Shown piece after piece: positions 8,553 to 16,704 of a DNA stretch of 32,000 nucleotides. The notes beneath the pieces are model-generated. The model searched no databases and was not told the DNA's origin. It saw only the letters and a program-made list of their open reading frames with translations. Position 1 is the stretch's first letter. The number at the start of each line of letters is the position of its first letter. The stretch is from Pirellula staleyi DSM 6068 (GTDB taxonomy: Bacteria; Planctomycetota; Planctomycetia; Pirellulales; Pirellulaceae): positions 240,001 through 272,000 of the forward strand of contig CP001848.1 in assembly GCA_000025185.1 (NCBI GenBank), written 5' to 3'. Both the position numbers and the translations under genes were made by a program.

Positions 8553-10514
8553 ATGAAGAAGATCGTCATTGCTGTCGCGATGCTGGTGATGTCGTGGGTG
8601 GCAAGCATGCCAGCGACGGCACAAGGTCTCAATACACAAACCACCATTTCATCGCGCACTGCTGAAGCGGACCTCGTTCGCTCGTGGTATCGCGATTATC
8701 TGGGGCGCGAGCCAGGACCCGAACTCACGGCCTGGGTCGAACTGCTGCGAGGTGGCATGAGCCCCATCGATGTGCAGGCTACCATTCTTGGTAGCGACGA
8801 GTTCTATAACCAAAAAGGTCGCGATCCGCAGACCTGGGTCCTCGAAACGTTGCAAGCGGTCACGTGGCAAGAGCCGCCTCTGACGATCCTGCGTCAATGG
8901 ACCGATCGCCTCACGACACTACGAGGCGACCGCTTTGCCCTCTCGCGAGAAATCCTGCAAGCGCAAGCTCAAATCAACAGCGGAAGCAGCTCGACTGCTC
9001 CTGCGGCAGCCACCGACATTGCGATGCGGATCGCCTCGGCTTCCCGGCTCCTCCTGGAGACAGGCGATTTCGAACTCGCCGGCACGCAGCAAGGTCGTCA
9101 GCTGAATCTTCGCTCGCGAGCCGTCGAATCCTCGGCGAACGAGCTTGTAAACGTGCTCCGCCTCCGCTCGTACCAGCCCTCGCAACTCTCCAACGCGGTG
9201 ATCGCGCTCGAACGGGCCATCGGCGAAGTACAAAACGTGCTGAGCAACCCCACCGGGACCGCTCCGAGCACCTCCGCACTCGCGCGGCGGATTTCGACAC
9301 TCACGAGCGATCTGCGGCTGTCGATCTCGGGTCAAACCGACATGACTCCCGTCAATCCTCTGCCTGGTTACCAGACCTACGATCAGCAGCAACTGCTGTC
9401 GCAGCTCGAAACCGTGCGACGCGCCTCGCAATCGGTGCTGCAGCTGTTCACCGCCCAAAGCTCGACCGACTATAACGCTCGTCTGATGACACGCGATCTG
9501 GAAAGCTTCGCCGCATCGGCCGACGCGCTCGATCGCAACATTCGTGGCGGCACAAGTCTACAGCGGCTGTCGTGGGATCTCGACGGTATTCGCCAACAAG
9601 CGACCGTTTTGCGACCTCGACTGCTTGAAGGCCGACCACCGGTCTTCACACGGCTCTACTGGAGTAGTGTCGAAAGTGGTCTCGCCCAGATGGCCGACAC
9701 GATTGCTCGCGCTACAGGAACCACCAGCCCGATCACTTCTCCTGGCGGAGGACTCACCCCCGTCAATCCTGCCGGTCCAAGCGTTACGGTGGTTCCACTC
9801 GTCGATCAAGCAGTGATGCAAGTCGATGCCTTTTTGGTGGCCACAGGTCCGCTGGTGTTCGGCATTCCCGACGTGCCACTCTTGCAGAAAGATATCCGCA
9901 CGCTGCGTAACCATTTGATGGAACTGCGTCAGATGGCGGCCGAAAACCGTCGCGCCGATCAACTGGCGGCGTCGCTGGAGTATGCTTCAGCCGACCTCGA
10001 TATCATCGATCAGCGATGGACCAAAATCGCCGGTGACTATCGCCTCGTCAACCCGATTCGTCTCACGGGACTTGCCGATTCGCTGACGAAAATCGATACA
10101 GCGATTCGCGCTACGGCGAGCAGCAGTGGTGTGCTCAAGCCCGATCTTTCGTCGCGCGTCTCGCTGCTTGTCAGCACGCTCGATCGCGATCTAGCGAGCT
10201 TCAAAACCACACTCGCTCCGTTTGCCAACTATCCCGAATTCCGTTCAATGCAACTCTTCCTCGAACAGATGAACGGCTACACGAAATCGCTGGCTCAGCA
10301 GCAGCAACTTGTGCAGCCCGATCCTTCGCAGCAGTTGCGTCTCGCCGCCGGGATGATTCGCCAGGTGGAGCTGATTTCGACCTACACCGACCGACTCAGC
10401 GAGCGTGCGAAAGCCGCCAACAATCGCGATGCTGTGGCCGTAGCCGCCAACCTGCAGCAGCGCGTCCGACAAATTAACGATTTGGTGATCGACCTCGAGC
10501 GTGAACTCCGCTAA
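8553..10514 (+). CDS. Secreted hypothetical protein: two DUF4214-like repeats followed by about 500 aa of degenerate helical modules
   Basis: Start placed at ATG 8553, preceded by GGAGGG (8541-8546); the track TTG is at 8478. Signal peptide MKKIVIAVAMLVMSWVASMPATAQG. DUF4214-type signature: LVRSWYRDYLGREPGPELTAWVELLRGGMSPIDVQATILGSDEFY. The remainder is Leu/Gln/Arg/Ser-rich with a repeated TPVNP linker. Confidence 0.75.
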   Translation: MKKIVIAVAMLVMSWVASMPATAQGLNTQTTISSRTAEADLVRSWYRDYLGREPGPELTAWVELLRGGMSPIDVQATILGSDEFYNQKGRDPQTWVLETLQAVTWQEPPLTILRQWTDRLTTLRGDRFALSREILQAQAQINSGSSSTAPAAATDIAMRIASASRLLLETGDFELAGTQQGRQLNLRSRAVESSANELVNVLRLRSYQPSQLSNAVIALERAIGEVQNVLSNPTGTAPSTSALARRISTLTSDLRLSISGQTDMTPVNPLPGYQTYDQQQLLSQLETVRRASQSVLQLFTAQSSTDYNARLMTRDLESFAASADALDRNIRGGTSLQRLSWDLDGIRQQATVLRPRLLEGRPPVFTRLYWSSVESGLAQMADTIARATGTTSPITSPGGGLTPVNPAGPSVTVVPLVDQAVMQVDAFLVATGPLVFGIPDVPLLQKDIRTLRNHLMELRQMAAENRRADQLAASLEYASADLDIIDQRWTKIAGDYRLVNPIRLTGLADSLTKIDTAIRATASSSGVLKPDLSSRVSLLVSTLDRDLASFKTTLAPFANYPEFRSMQLFLEQMNGYTKSLAQQQQLVQPDPSQQLRLAAGMIRQVELISTYTDRLSERAKAANNRDAVAVAANLQQRVRQINDLVIDLERELR

Positions 10515-10580
10515 CCCGCGCCGCTCGCATCACCCGCTTACGAACATTCACGACCAATCTCGCAAAGGACCCGCACTGCG

Positions 10581-11867
10581 ATGATCGTTCCCCACGCACT
10601 CCGATGGACCGTTTTTCTCGCTTCGATTTCGCTCGTTCTGCCGCTGCTTGCTCCGCGTAATGCAACGGCTCAAGCCGGCGCATCACTCGAAACCGAGGCC
10701 ACGTTCGATGAAGTGCTCGAAGAGACTGCGCGAATGCTCGCAACGCTCAAGAGCTACCGCGTCGATGTCGAAGGAACCTGGGAATCGGAGGGGCAAGAGC
10801 CTGCCGCTTGTGGAAGCAGCAAACATACGCTGATTGTTCAGCAGCCCCGCAAGTTTCGTATCGAAGCGACCGCCAGCGAAAAAGCAGAGCCCGATCTGGT
10901 CTGCGTGAGCGATGGTCAAAAATCGACCACACTACTGGCCGCCCGCAAAATCTTTTCGCAGTCCCCCGTCATCTCGGCCCAAAACAAAGTGGCTACCAAC
11001 ACGATGCTTGCCATGAGCCTCGCTGGCTCGGGGATCGACGTGCTACTGCAGCCCGACTTGGTCAACTTCATGCACAGCCGAGCGACCGGCATTAAGCATG
11101 TCGGAGACACCAAAATCGAAGACACACGCTGTCATCACTTCGAAATGATGTTTGGCGAACACCACGTTCAGCTGTGGGTCTCGGCCGAGGAACATCCGCT
11201 GCTTCTTCAGATCGTGCGCCGCACCACCGTTCCGCTCGGTGAAGGGAAATCCTATAGCCTCGTCGCCACAAGCAAGCTGAAATGGACGCTCGATAAAACC
11301 TATCCGGAAGAGACCTTTGCGATCGCCATTCCCGAAGGGTCGCGCAAGGTGGGGGACATCTACGAGGCTCTCACCGGCGACGAAGCTGCCACACGTGTCG
11401 GTCAGCAACTCCCCGACTTCGAACTCACGAAACTCGATGGAACGAAAATCAGCCTCAATAAGCAGGAGAATCGCAAACCAACGGTCCTCATCTTCTGGGC
11501 CACTTGGTGCGTTCCGAGCGTTTCCGATCAATCGAGCACGAGCGACTTCGTTAAACGGAGCATCGAGCAAGGGGTCGATTTCTACGCTGTGAATGTTGGC
11601 GAATCACTCGCTGATGTGCGCAAGTTCGTAGCGAGCGCAAAACCTGCCAGCACGATGGTGCTCGACTCGCAAGGATCTGCCGCCACCGCACTGCGACTCG
11701 ACGCACTTCCCGCTGCTGTGATCGTCGACGCCTCAGGCAAAGTGACCAAGATCATCCACGGTGAACCCGAGCAACTTCGCAAAGACCTCGCCGCCGCTGT
11801 CCTCCCCTTCCTCACCACCGCCTCCGCCCCCGAATCCCCCACCACCCCCGCCCCTAAACAAGAATAG
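10581..11867 (+). CDS. Secreted fusion of a LolA-like (DUF2092-type) domain and a TlpA/ResA-like thioredoxin-fold domain with a CXXS active site
   Basis: ATG start with AAAGGA 11 nt upstream. Signal peptide MIVPHALRWTVFLASISLVLPLLAPRNATAQA. The N-terminal half resembles DUF2092 (YRVDVEGTWES...LIVQQPRKFRIEA...VSDGQKSTTLL). The C-terminal half is redoxin-like (LPDFELTKLDGTKISL...PTVLIFWATWCVPSV...LPAAVIVDASGKV), with CVPS at 11508-11519. Confidence 0.8.
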   Translation: MIVPHALRWTVFLASISLVLPLLAPRNATAQAGASLETEATFDEVLEETARMLATLKSYRVDVEGTWESEGQEPAACGSSKHTLIVQQPRKFRIEATASEKAEPDLVCVSDGQKSTTLLAARKIFSQSPVISAQNKVATNTMLAMSLAGSGIDVLLQPDLVNFMHSRATGIKHVGDTKIEDTRCHHFEMMFGEHHVQLWVSAEEHPLLLQIVRRTTVPLGEGKSYSLVATSKLKWTLDKTYPEETFAIAIPEGSRKVGDIYEALTGDEAATRVGQQLPDFELTKLDGTKISLNKQENRKPTVLIFWATWCVPSVSDQSSTSDFVKRSIEQGVDFYAVNVGESLADVRKFVASAKPASTMVLDSQGSAATALRLDALPAAVIVDASGKVTKIIHGEPEQLRKDLAAAVLPFLTTASAPESPTTPAPKQE

Positions 11868-11904
11868 GGGCTGAGCTGTCGTCAGTCGACCTTACTGTGC
11901 CGTT

Positions 11905-11934
11905 CCTCATGCAATCCCAACGCATTGCATGAGG
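11905..11934. terminator. 11-bp perfect hairpin between convergent genes (possible bidirectional terminator, no U-tract)
   Basis: cctcatgcaat (11905-11915) pairs with attgcatgagg (11924-11934) around an 8-nt loop. It lies between the stop at 11867 (+) and the stop at 11938 (-). Confidence 0.35.
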
Positions 11935-11937
11935 TGA

Positions 11938-12396
11938 TTAGGGTGGTAGGTGTAGGTTTCCGGTGCGAATCACTTTGCAGGAGGAGAGGTCGAACGAAGT
12001 TTCGCCCGGCGTGCTATCGGGCGCGATGGTGAACTCGACTGGCTTGTCGGAAATGGGGACCGTGCACTCGTAGACGGTGAAGCCCCCTTCCACCTCAGGC
12101 GTGTAGTGAAACGTCAGCTCTCCGTTCTTCGAGTGCAACGTTTCTATGGTGATGGAACCGAGTCCGATATCAAATCGCTGATTCTGGGGTGGCGGTATCC
12201 GCGAATCGAGATAAATGATTCGCTCTTCTTTATCGAGCCGCATCGCGCTGTCGGTGGTGGCCGCTACAACAACCGGCTCTACCTGCTGCGGGCTGCTCCC
12301 CGGGATGAGAGTTGCATCGTCGCTGGAAGGAGCACAGCCGATGGCGAGCCCACTACCCAGCAGCATCAGTATGAATCTCGCGATCCTGCGGATCAT
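11938..12396 (-). CDS. Hypothetical lipoprotein (152 aa)
   Basis: Lipobox in MIRRIARFILMLLGSGLAIGC|APSS. The mature part looks beta-rich. I recognise no family. Confidence 0.6.
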   Translation of the reverse strand: MIRRIARFILMLLGSGLAIGCAPSSDDATLIPGSSPQQVEPVVVAATTDSAMRLDKEERIIYLDSRIPPPQNQRFDIGLGSITIETLHSKNGELTFHYTPEVEGGFTVYECTVPISDKPVEFTIAPDSTPGETSFDLSSCKVIRTGNLHLPP

Positions 12397-12555
12397 CGAG
12401 CACCACCTTGCTGATCAATGAGCCCCACGCCACCGGGCTAATCTGGAAAGCCAACTTTCGGCTAACAATTTAGAGCCACGGAGCTTCCAGCGTAGCGATG
12501 GTTCGCAGCATATTCGAGCGCAAAGGGAATGTGGCGTGGCCAAGCTCTTGGCACC

Positions 12556-12588
12556 AACAAAACGAGGGAGGCTGTGGAGCCTCCCTCG
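12556..12588 (-). terminator. Rho-independent terminator downstream of the DUF1559 gene
   Basis: An 11-bp GC-rich stem pairs cgagggaggct (12563-12573) with agcctccctcg (12578-12588) around a 4-nt loop. On the minus strand it is followed by TTTTGTT (12562-12556). It starts 45 nt after the stop at 12634. Confidence 0.65.
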
Positions 12589-12633
12589 CGGGTTGATTGT
12601 TGCCGATGGTTCGGCGCTGGTCATGCCAACCGA

Positions 12634-13599
12634 CTATGGAGCGGAGACTGCTTCGGCACCCGATTTGGAGGCCAGGGCGCGATAGAGCGTCAGGTCGATC
12701 GTTTGCGAAATGAAGCTGACCGAGCCATCTCCCTTGGCGAACTGGGCACCGTTGGGATGGCGACTGCGGAACGAATAGAGGTTGGGCCAATCGCCAGGAC
12801 TGTTGAAGCCAGGCTGTCCCGTGACGAGCCCGTTGTTCAGCGGAATCGAGCACGTGCCGGTCGAGTAGTTGGCAGCAGCCCAGCCACAGTGCTGATTCAG
12901 ACCTGGCAAGTCTTCGCCAATCATGAACGTGTTGCTGAGACCATCGGTGGTGGCAGCGAATGTTTCGGGCGAAGTGGGAATCGTCGTTCCTCCGTCGCTA
13001 CGGAAAAACATGCCGTTCCCGGCATCCAAACCGTTGTTGTTCCCGGTGGGACCGGTGTTGGTGAAACTTCCCCAGGCCCAGTTCGAACCGCAAACTCCCT
13101 TGTAGCAGGTGAGCCCCATGCGGGTGCCACCATGATTGGCACGCGTGGTGTTCCAGCCCTGGCCCCAGGTGTTATCGCTAGGGCATTGCAAAGCCTTGAT
13201 CACCTCGCCACACGACTGATTGGTCGTGCCGGGAATGCGGGACTCGACGGCATTGAAGGCGTAAACCGTGCTGGCTCCGGCGGTGGTGGCGTCGTAGAGG
13301 GCCGTTTGTTCCATGAAGGGAAGGACCTTGGCGATCCAGCTCCAGGAACGTCCAGCTGCGTCATAGCCGAAGGTGTTCGGGCTGATGCTGCGAGGCATCG
13401 AGTTCGTGGTGTCGTGGTGATTGTGGATCGCAATCGCCAGCTGCTTAAGCTTGTTATTGCAATCCGTGCGGCGTGCCGCTTCACGAGCTGCTTGAACGGC
13501 AGGCAGCAGAAGGGCAACAAGAACGCCAATAATGGCGATCACAACCAGCAACTCGACCAGGGTGAAACCTGGCCTTTTGCGGTGCATTCGAATTCCCAT
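12634..13599 (-). CDS. DUF1559 / H-X9-DG protein with a prepilin-type N-terminal cleavage/methylation domain (pseudopilin-like)
   Basis: The N-terminus is RPGFTLVELLVVIAIIGVLVALLLPAVQAAREAARR. The C-terminal HPNGAQFAKGDGS matches H-X9-DG. The start could be 13599 or the ATG at 13587. Confidence 0.9.
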   Translation of the reverse strand: MGIRMHRKRPGFTLVELLVVIAIIGVLVALLLPAVQAAREAARRTDCNNKLKQLAIAIHNHHDTTNSMPRSISPNTFGYDAAGRSWSWIAKVLPFMEQTALYDATTAGASTVYAFNAVESRIPGTTNQSCGEVIKALQCPSDNTWGQGWNTTRANHGGTRMGLTCYKGVCGSNWAWGSFTNTGPTGNNNGLDAGNGMFFRSDGGTTIPTSPETFAATTDGLSNTFMIGEDLPGLNQHCGWAAANYSTGTCSIPLNNGLVTGQPGFNSPGDWPNLYSFRSRHPNGAQFAKGDGSVSFISQTIDLTLYRALASKSGAEAVSAP

Positions 13600-13659
13600 A
13601 TTCAGCTCCGACTCTCTTGAAAAAGAATGAAAAATGAAAAGCTATCGTCGCCAATCGGA

Positions 13660-13697
13660 ATCAATAAACATGCCACCCCAACGCGACATTGGGGGCA
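13660..13697 (-). terminator. Weak terminator candidate after the upstream lipoprotein gene
   Basis: Hairpin 13671-13697: 9 bp with a 2-nt bulge, tgccaccccaa/ttgggggca. On the minus strand it is followed by TGTTTATTGATT. It starts 10 nt after the stop codon at 13708-13710. Confidence 0.35.
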
Positions 13698-13707
13698 CAA
13701 GATTGGT

Positions 13708-14124
13708 TTACTTTGTCACCTTAAGGTCGTAGCGGTCGGCTGGTGCGTCAGGAGAGACCTCGACCTCCAGCGGAGTGCGGGCCAGTTCACTGAACTGGCT
13801 ATTTACGAGAGATATAGGGACTGAATACGGATCGGCCGGATTGCTGGGCATACCGGCGGTGATGACCACTTTGTATTTGCCAGCGGCGATGCCGGTTTTG
13901 CCATCGGCCAGCTTGTAGGTGCCATCAGACTGCACTGTGGCGTAGCCGACATTGGTTTCGTCTTGCGCCTTACCGTCGGCTGGATAATAGGTGATGTTTC
14001 CAGTCGTTAATGGCAGACCATCAACCGTAACTTTGCCTTGAACCGGGACCAACGATGGTCCGCAGCCAGCCATCAGCGTGAGCGCAACAAGAGCCTGCGC
14101 AGCGAGCCAGAAGGAGCGACTCAT
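13708..14124 (-). CDS. Hypothetical lipoprotein of the carboxypeptidase-regulatory-like beta-sandwich type
   Basis: Start placed at ATG 14124, giving MSRSFWLAAQALVALTLMAGC|GPS (lipobox). It continues VPVQGKVTVDGLPLTTGNITYYPADGK...DGTYKL...GKYKVVI. From memory, this pattern accompanies DUF1559 genes in planctomycetes. Confidence 0.7.
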   Translation of the reverse strand: MSRSFWLAAQALVALTLMAGCGPSLVPVQGKVTVDGLPLTTGNITYYPADGKAQDETNVGYATVQSDGTYKLADGKTGIAAGKYKVVITAGMPSNPADPYSVPISLVNSQFSELARTPLEVEVSPDAPADRYDLKVTK

Positions 14125-14337
14125 GAATTCTCGCGAATAAGAAATTAGAAAAGATTGAGGATTTGGAAACCCTAATCTATATCGCACGGGTAAGTCAAAC
14201 TTTATTAGCTCAAATTCTTGAACTTACCCGGCCGCGCAGAAAACCCCTACCGTGGGTTATTTGCCAACCCCTTTAATGACGTATAAGTTCCCTGTGGTGC
14301 TTTTCAGAAGAAACAGTCGAGCGCGGTTTCATTTTCC

Positions 14338-15798
14338 CTAGCGCTGCGGCGCTGGTGGACCCAAGTCGCTGCTCCGTAGGGTTTGGAGATGCTCCTTCAG
14401 TTTGGATTGAAAGCCCCGCACGACATCTTCATATTCAGGCGATTGGGCGAGATTAGTATGCTGCTGAGGGTCAGCCTTCACATCAAAGAGCTCTAATCCC
14501 TTTGCACCCTCTTCACCATATTGAATAAATGACCATTGATGGTCGCGCAGTAAGAAACCTTGGGTCATCGGTGCGACACTAAAAGCGGTGTCCCGCACCT
14601 GCTTATGAGGATCATCCCATAAGGTGGCAATATTTTTTCCTTGCAGTCGCTCGGGTACTTCTAAGCCACAGAGGCTCGCGATCGTGGGATAGAGGTCGAT
14701 GAGTTCTACCAGCGAATGGCAAACCGCAGGTTTCTTTCCCGGAACGCGGATAATCAGCGGAACTTTCGATGACTGGTCGAGCAAACTCACCTTGGCCCAA
14801 AAGTCATGCTCGCCGAGATGATAGCCGTGGTCACTCGTGAAGATCACAATGGTGTGATCAGCCGCTCCTGATTGCTCTAAAGCGTCGAGCACTTTCCCGA
14901 CCTGGGCATCCATATAAGAAACGGCAGCATAGTACCCGCCAATCGCCTTCTTTTGACGGCGCTCATCCATTTTCATATTCACGCTGGTCTTATAATTAAT
15001 TCCAGCGAGCGGGATATCCTTCCAATCATCGGCGACTTTGGTAGGTAGCGGTAATTTGTCATACGGCAAATAGGGCTCGAAGTATTGGCGCGGCGCGACG
15101 AAAGGGACATGTGGTCGCACAAAGCCGCAGGCAATGAAGAATGGTTTTTGGGTGTGCTGCCGAATCAGTTCGGCAGTTTTGAGAGCGGCCCGTCCATCGG
15201 AGTGAACCAGGTCGTCGCCATCGGCCTCGACCACCACAAACGTGTTTCCTCCCATCACCGGTTTTTTGCCATCGGGGTTTCCTTCAAGGGTTTCCCCGGT
15301 TCCAGCCGCCTTCCACTCAGGCCCTTCGATATTGAAACGTTCGTCCCACGAAGCCGCATCGTCGGCACCATTGCTCCCGGTTTCGATATCGCCAGGAACC
15401 CCCATGTGATAGATCTTGCTGACGCGGGCAGCGTAGTAGCCGGAATTGCGAAAATGCTCGGACCACGTGGCCCGCTGGCCGATGGCGGGGCGCGGACTGG
15501 TGTAGCCCAAAATGCCGGTGGCGTGGGGATAGTAGCCCGACATCAGCGACGCACGTGAGGGACCACAGTAGGTGGCGTTGCAAAAGGCATGCGTGAATCG
15601 CATCCCCTCGGAGGCCAAGCGATCGATGTGGGGCGTTTGGCAAATTTGGTTGCCGTAGCACCCAAGCGCGGTGGCAGTCAGATCGTCGGCAATGATGAAC
15701 AGTACGTTGAGCTTCGGGGCATCAGCGGCTGTGGTGATGGCAGGCAACAAGGCGAGCCATAGTCCGAGCAAAACGGCTTCCCATTTCATGCAGCGCAT
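14338..15798 (-). CDS. Formylglycine-dependent sulfatase (family S1)
   Basis: Start placed at ATG 15798, with GGAG about 9 nt upstream. Signal peptide MRCMKWEAVLLGLWLALLPAITTAADA. Motifs: LNVLFIIADDL, the catalytic signature CGPSR (15553-15567) in YCGPSRASLMSG, and FTSDHGYHLGEH. Confidence 0.9.
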   Translation of the reverse strand: MRCMKWEAVLLGLWLALLPAITTAADAPKLNVLFIIADDLTATALGCYGNQICQTPHIDRLASEGMRFTHAFCNATYCGPSRASLMSGYYPHATGILGYTSPRPAIGQRATWSEHFRNSGYYAARVSKIYHMGVPGDIETGSNGADDAASWDERFNIEGPEWKAAGTGETLEGNPDGKKPVMGGNTFVVVEADGDDLVHSDGRAALKTAELIRQHTQKPFFIACGFVRPHVPFVAPRQYFEPYLPYDKLPLPTKVADDWKDIPLAGINYKTSVNMKMDERRQKKAIGGYYAAVSYMDAQVGKVLDALEQSGAADHTIVIFTSDHGYHLGEHDFWAKVSLLDQSSKVPLIIRVPGKKPAVCHSLVELIDLYPTIASLCGLEVPERLQGKNIATLWDDPHKQVRDTAFSVAPMTQGFLLRDHQWSFIQYGEEGAKGLELFDVKADPQQHTNLAQSPEYEDVVRGFQSKLKEHLQTLRSSDLGPPAPQR

Positions 15799-15945
15799 GG
15801 CAATCTTCTCCCCTGGCGAGTGAATCGTTTTCTTCGTGTGGCACGATCGGCAATGGGGAGGCATCGCGATGAAGCAGCTTCACGTTGTACACGAAAAGTT
15901 GCGTGCAGTTCACCTACCCTCGAGAGCGAACACGATCGCTGCTCC

Positions 15946-15974
15946 TTGACACATTTCGATGCGATCGAGATGAT
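15946..15974 (+). promoter_or_regulatory. Sigma-70-like promoter candidate for the downstream membrane-protein gene
   Basis: TTGACA (15946-15951), a 17-nt spacer, then GATGAT (15969-15974). It sits in the divergent intergenic region and implies a leader of about 140 nt. Planctomycete promoter rules are poorly defined. Confidence 0.25.
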
Positions 15975-16121
15975 CACCCCCTTACGCTGCTCCCTGGCTG
16001 CTGAGGCCTGAGGAGGCTGTCGACGCTTCTGCAGTTTGGCCTCGCGCCAACTCTCTCCCTGCCAGAAGTCACTCCTGCTAATCCAAAATGCGCTGGACTT
16101 CTTGGAAGGATCGTGACTGGC

Positions 16122-16673
16122 ATGGCACTCGAATATTTTACCCTCGCCCACGTTCTCATCAGTCTCGTGGGGATTGCGGCCGGTTTTGGCGCGCTTGCGG
16201 GACTACTGGCGGGGCAGATTTTTCAGCGCTGGACGCAGTGGCATTTAGGTGGGACCTTGCTCACTTGCGTCACCGGCTTTTTCTTCCCGTTTCGCGGTTT
16301 TACGCCAGCGATCGGGGTTGGCATGCTTTCGATCGTGCTGCTCGCTGCCGCGTTCTATGCCCTCTATTTCCGACATCTGTTTGGCATCTGGCGAACCGTG
16401 TTTGTTGTTGGCTCGGTCGGAGCGCTCTACTTCAACTTCTTTGTACTTGTCGCTCAGCTGTTTCAGAAAATGCCGGTCCTGCAGAGACTCGCCCCCACGC
16501 AGTCCGAGCCCCCGTTTGCGGTCTCGCAGCTGCTGGTGCTCGCGACGTTTTTGTACCTGGGCTATGCAGCGCTGAAGCGATTGCCTGCCACCGAGCTGAT
16601 TAGTGGGGATCACGGCTGGTGCGATGCTGCAGCGATCGAGCGGCGGCGCGAGATGTGCCAGCCGCCATCGTAA
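16122..16673 (+). CDS. Conserved integral membrane protein, function unknown (4-5 TM helices)
   Basis: ATG 16122 is preferred over GTG 16113; AAGGA ends 11 nt upstream of it. Hydrophobic segments include LAHVLISLVGIAAGFGALAGLL, LLTCVTGFFFPF, IGVGMLSIVLLAAAFYALYF, VFVVGSVGALYFNFFVLVAQLF and FAVSQLLVLATFLYLGY. Confidence 0.7.
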   Translation: MALEYFTLAHVLISLVGIAAGFGALAGLLAGQIFQRWTQWHLGGTLLTCVTGFFFPFRGFTPAIGVGMLSIVLLAAAFYALYFRHLFGIWRTVFVVGSVGALYFNFFVLVAQLFQKMPVLQRLAPTQSEPPFAVSQLLVLATFLYLGYAALKRLPATELISGDHGWCDAAAIERRREMCQPPS

Positions 16674-16704
16674 CTTAAGCAATTCTTTCGAGCGTGCGGA
16701 TCGT

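Noticed and set aside
12529-13620. A 363-aa + strand ORF opposite the DUF1559 gene.
   Set aside because: The minus-strand product has the prepilin N-terminus and the H-X9-DG motif. The + strand product is low-complexity and Gly/Arg/Val-rich.
14187-14230. A 9-bp stem (cgggtaagt/acttacccg) with a 26-nt AT-rich loop downstream of the sulfatase gene.
   Set aside because: No T-tract follows it on the minus strand and the loop is large. It could be a weak terminator or an operator, but the evidence is insufficient.
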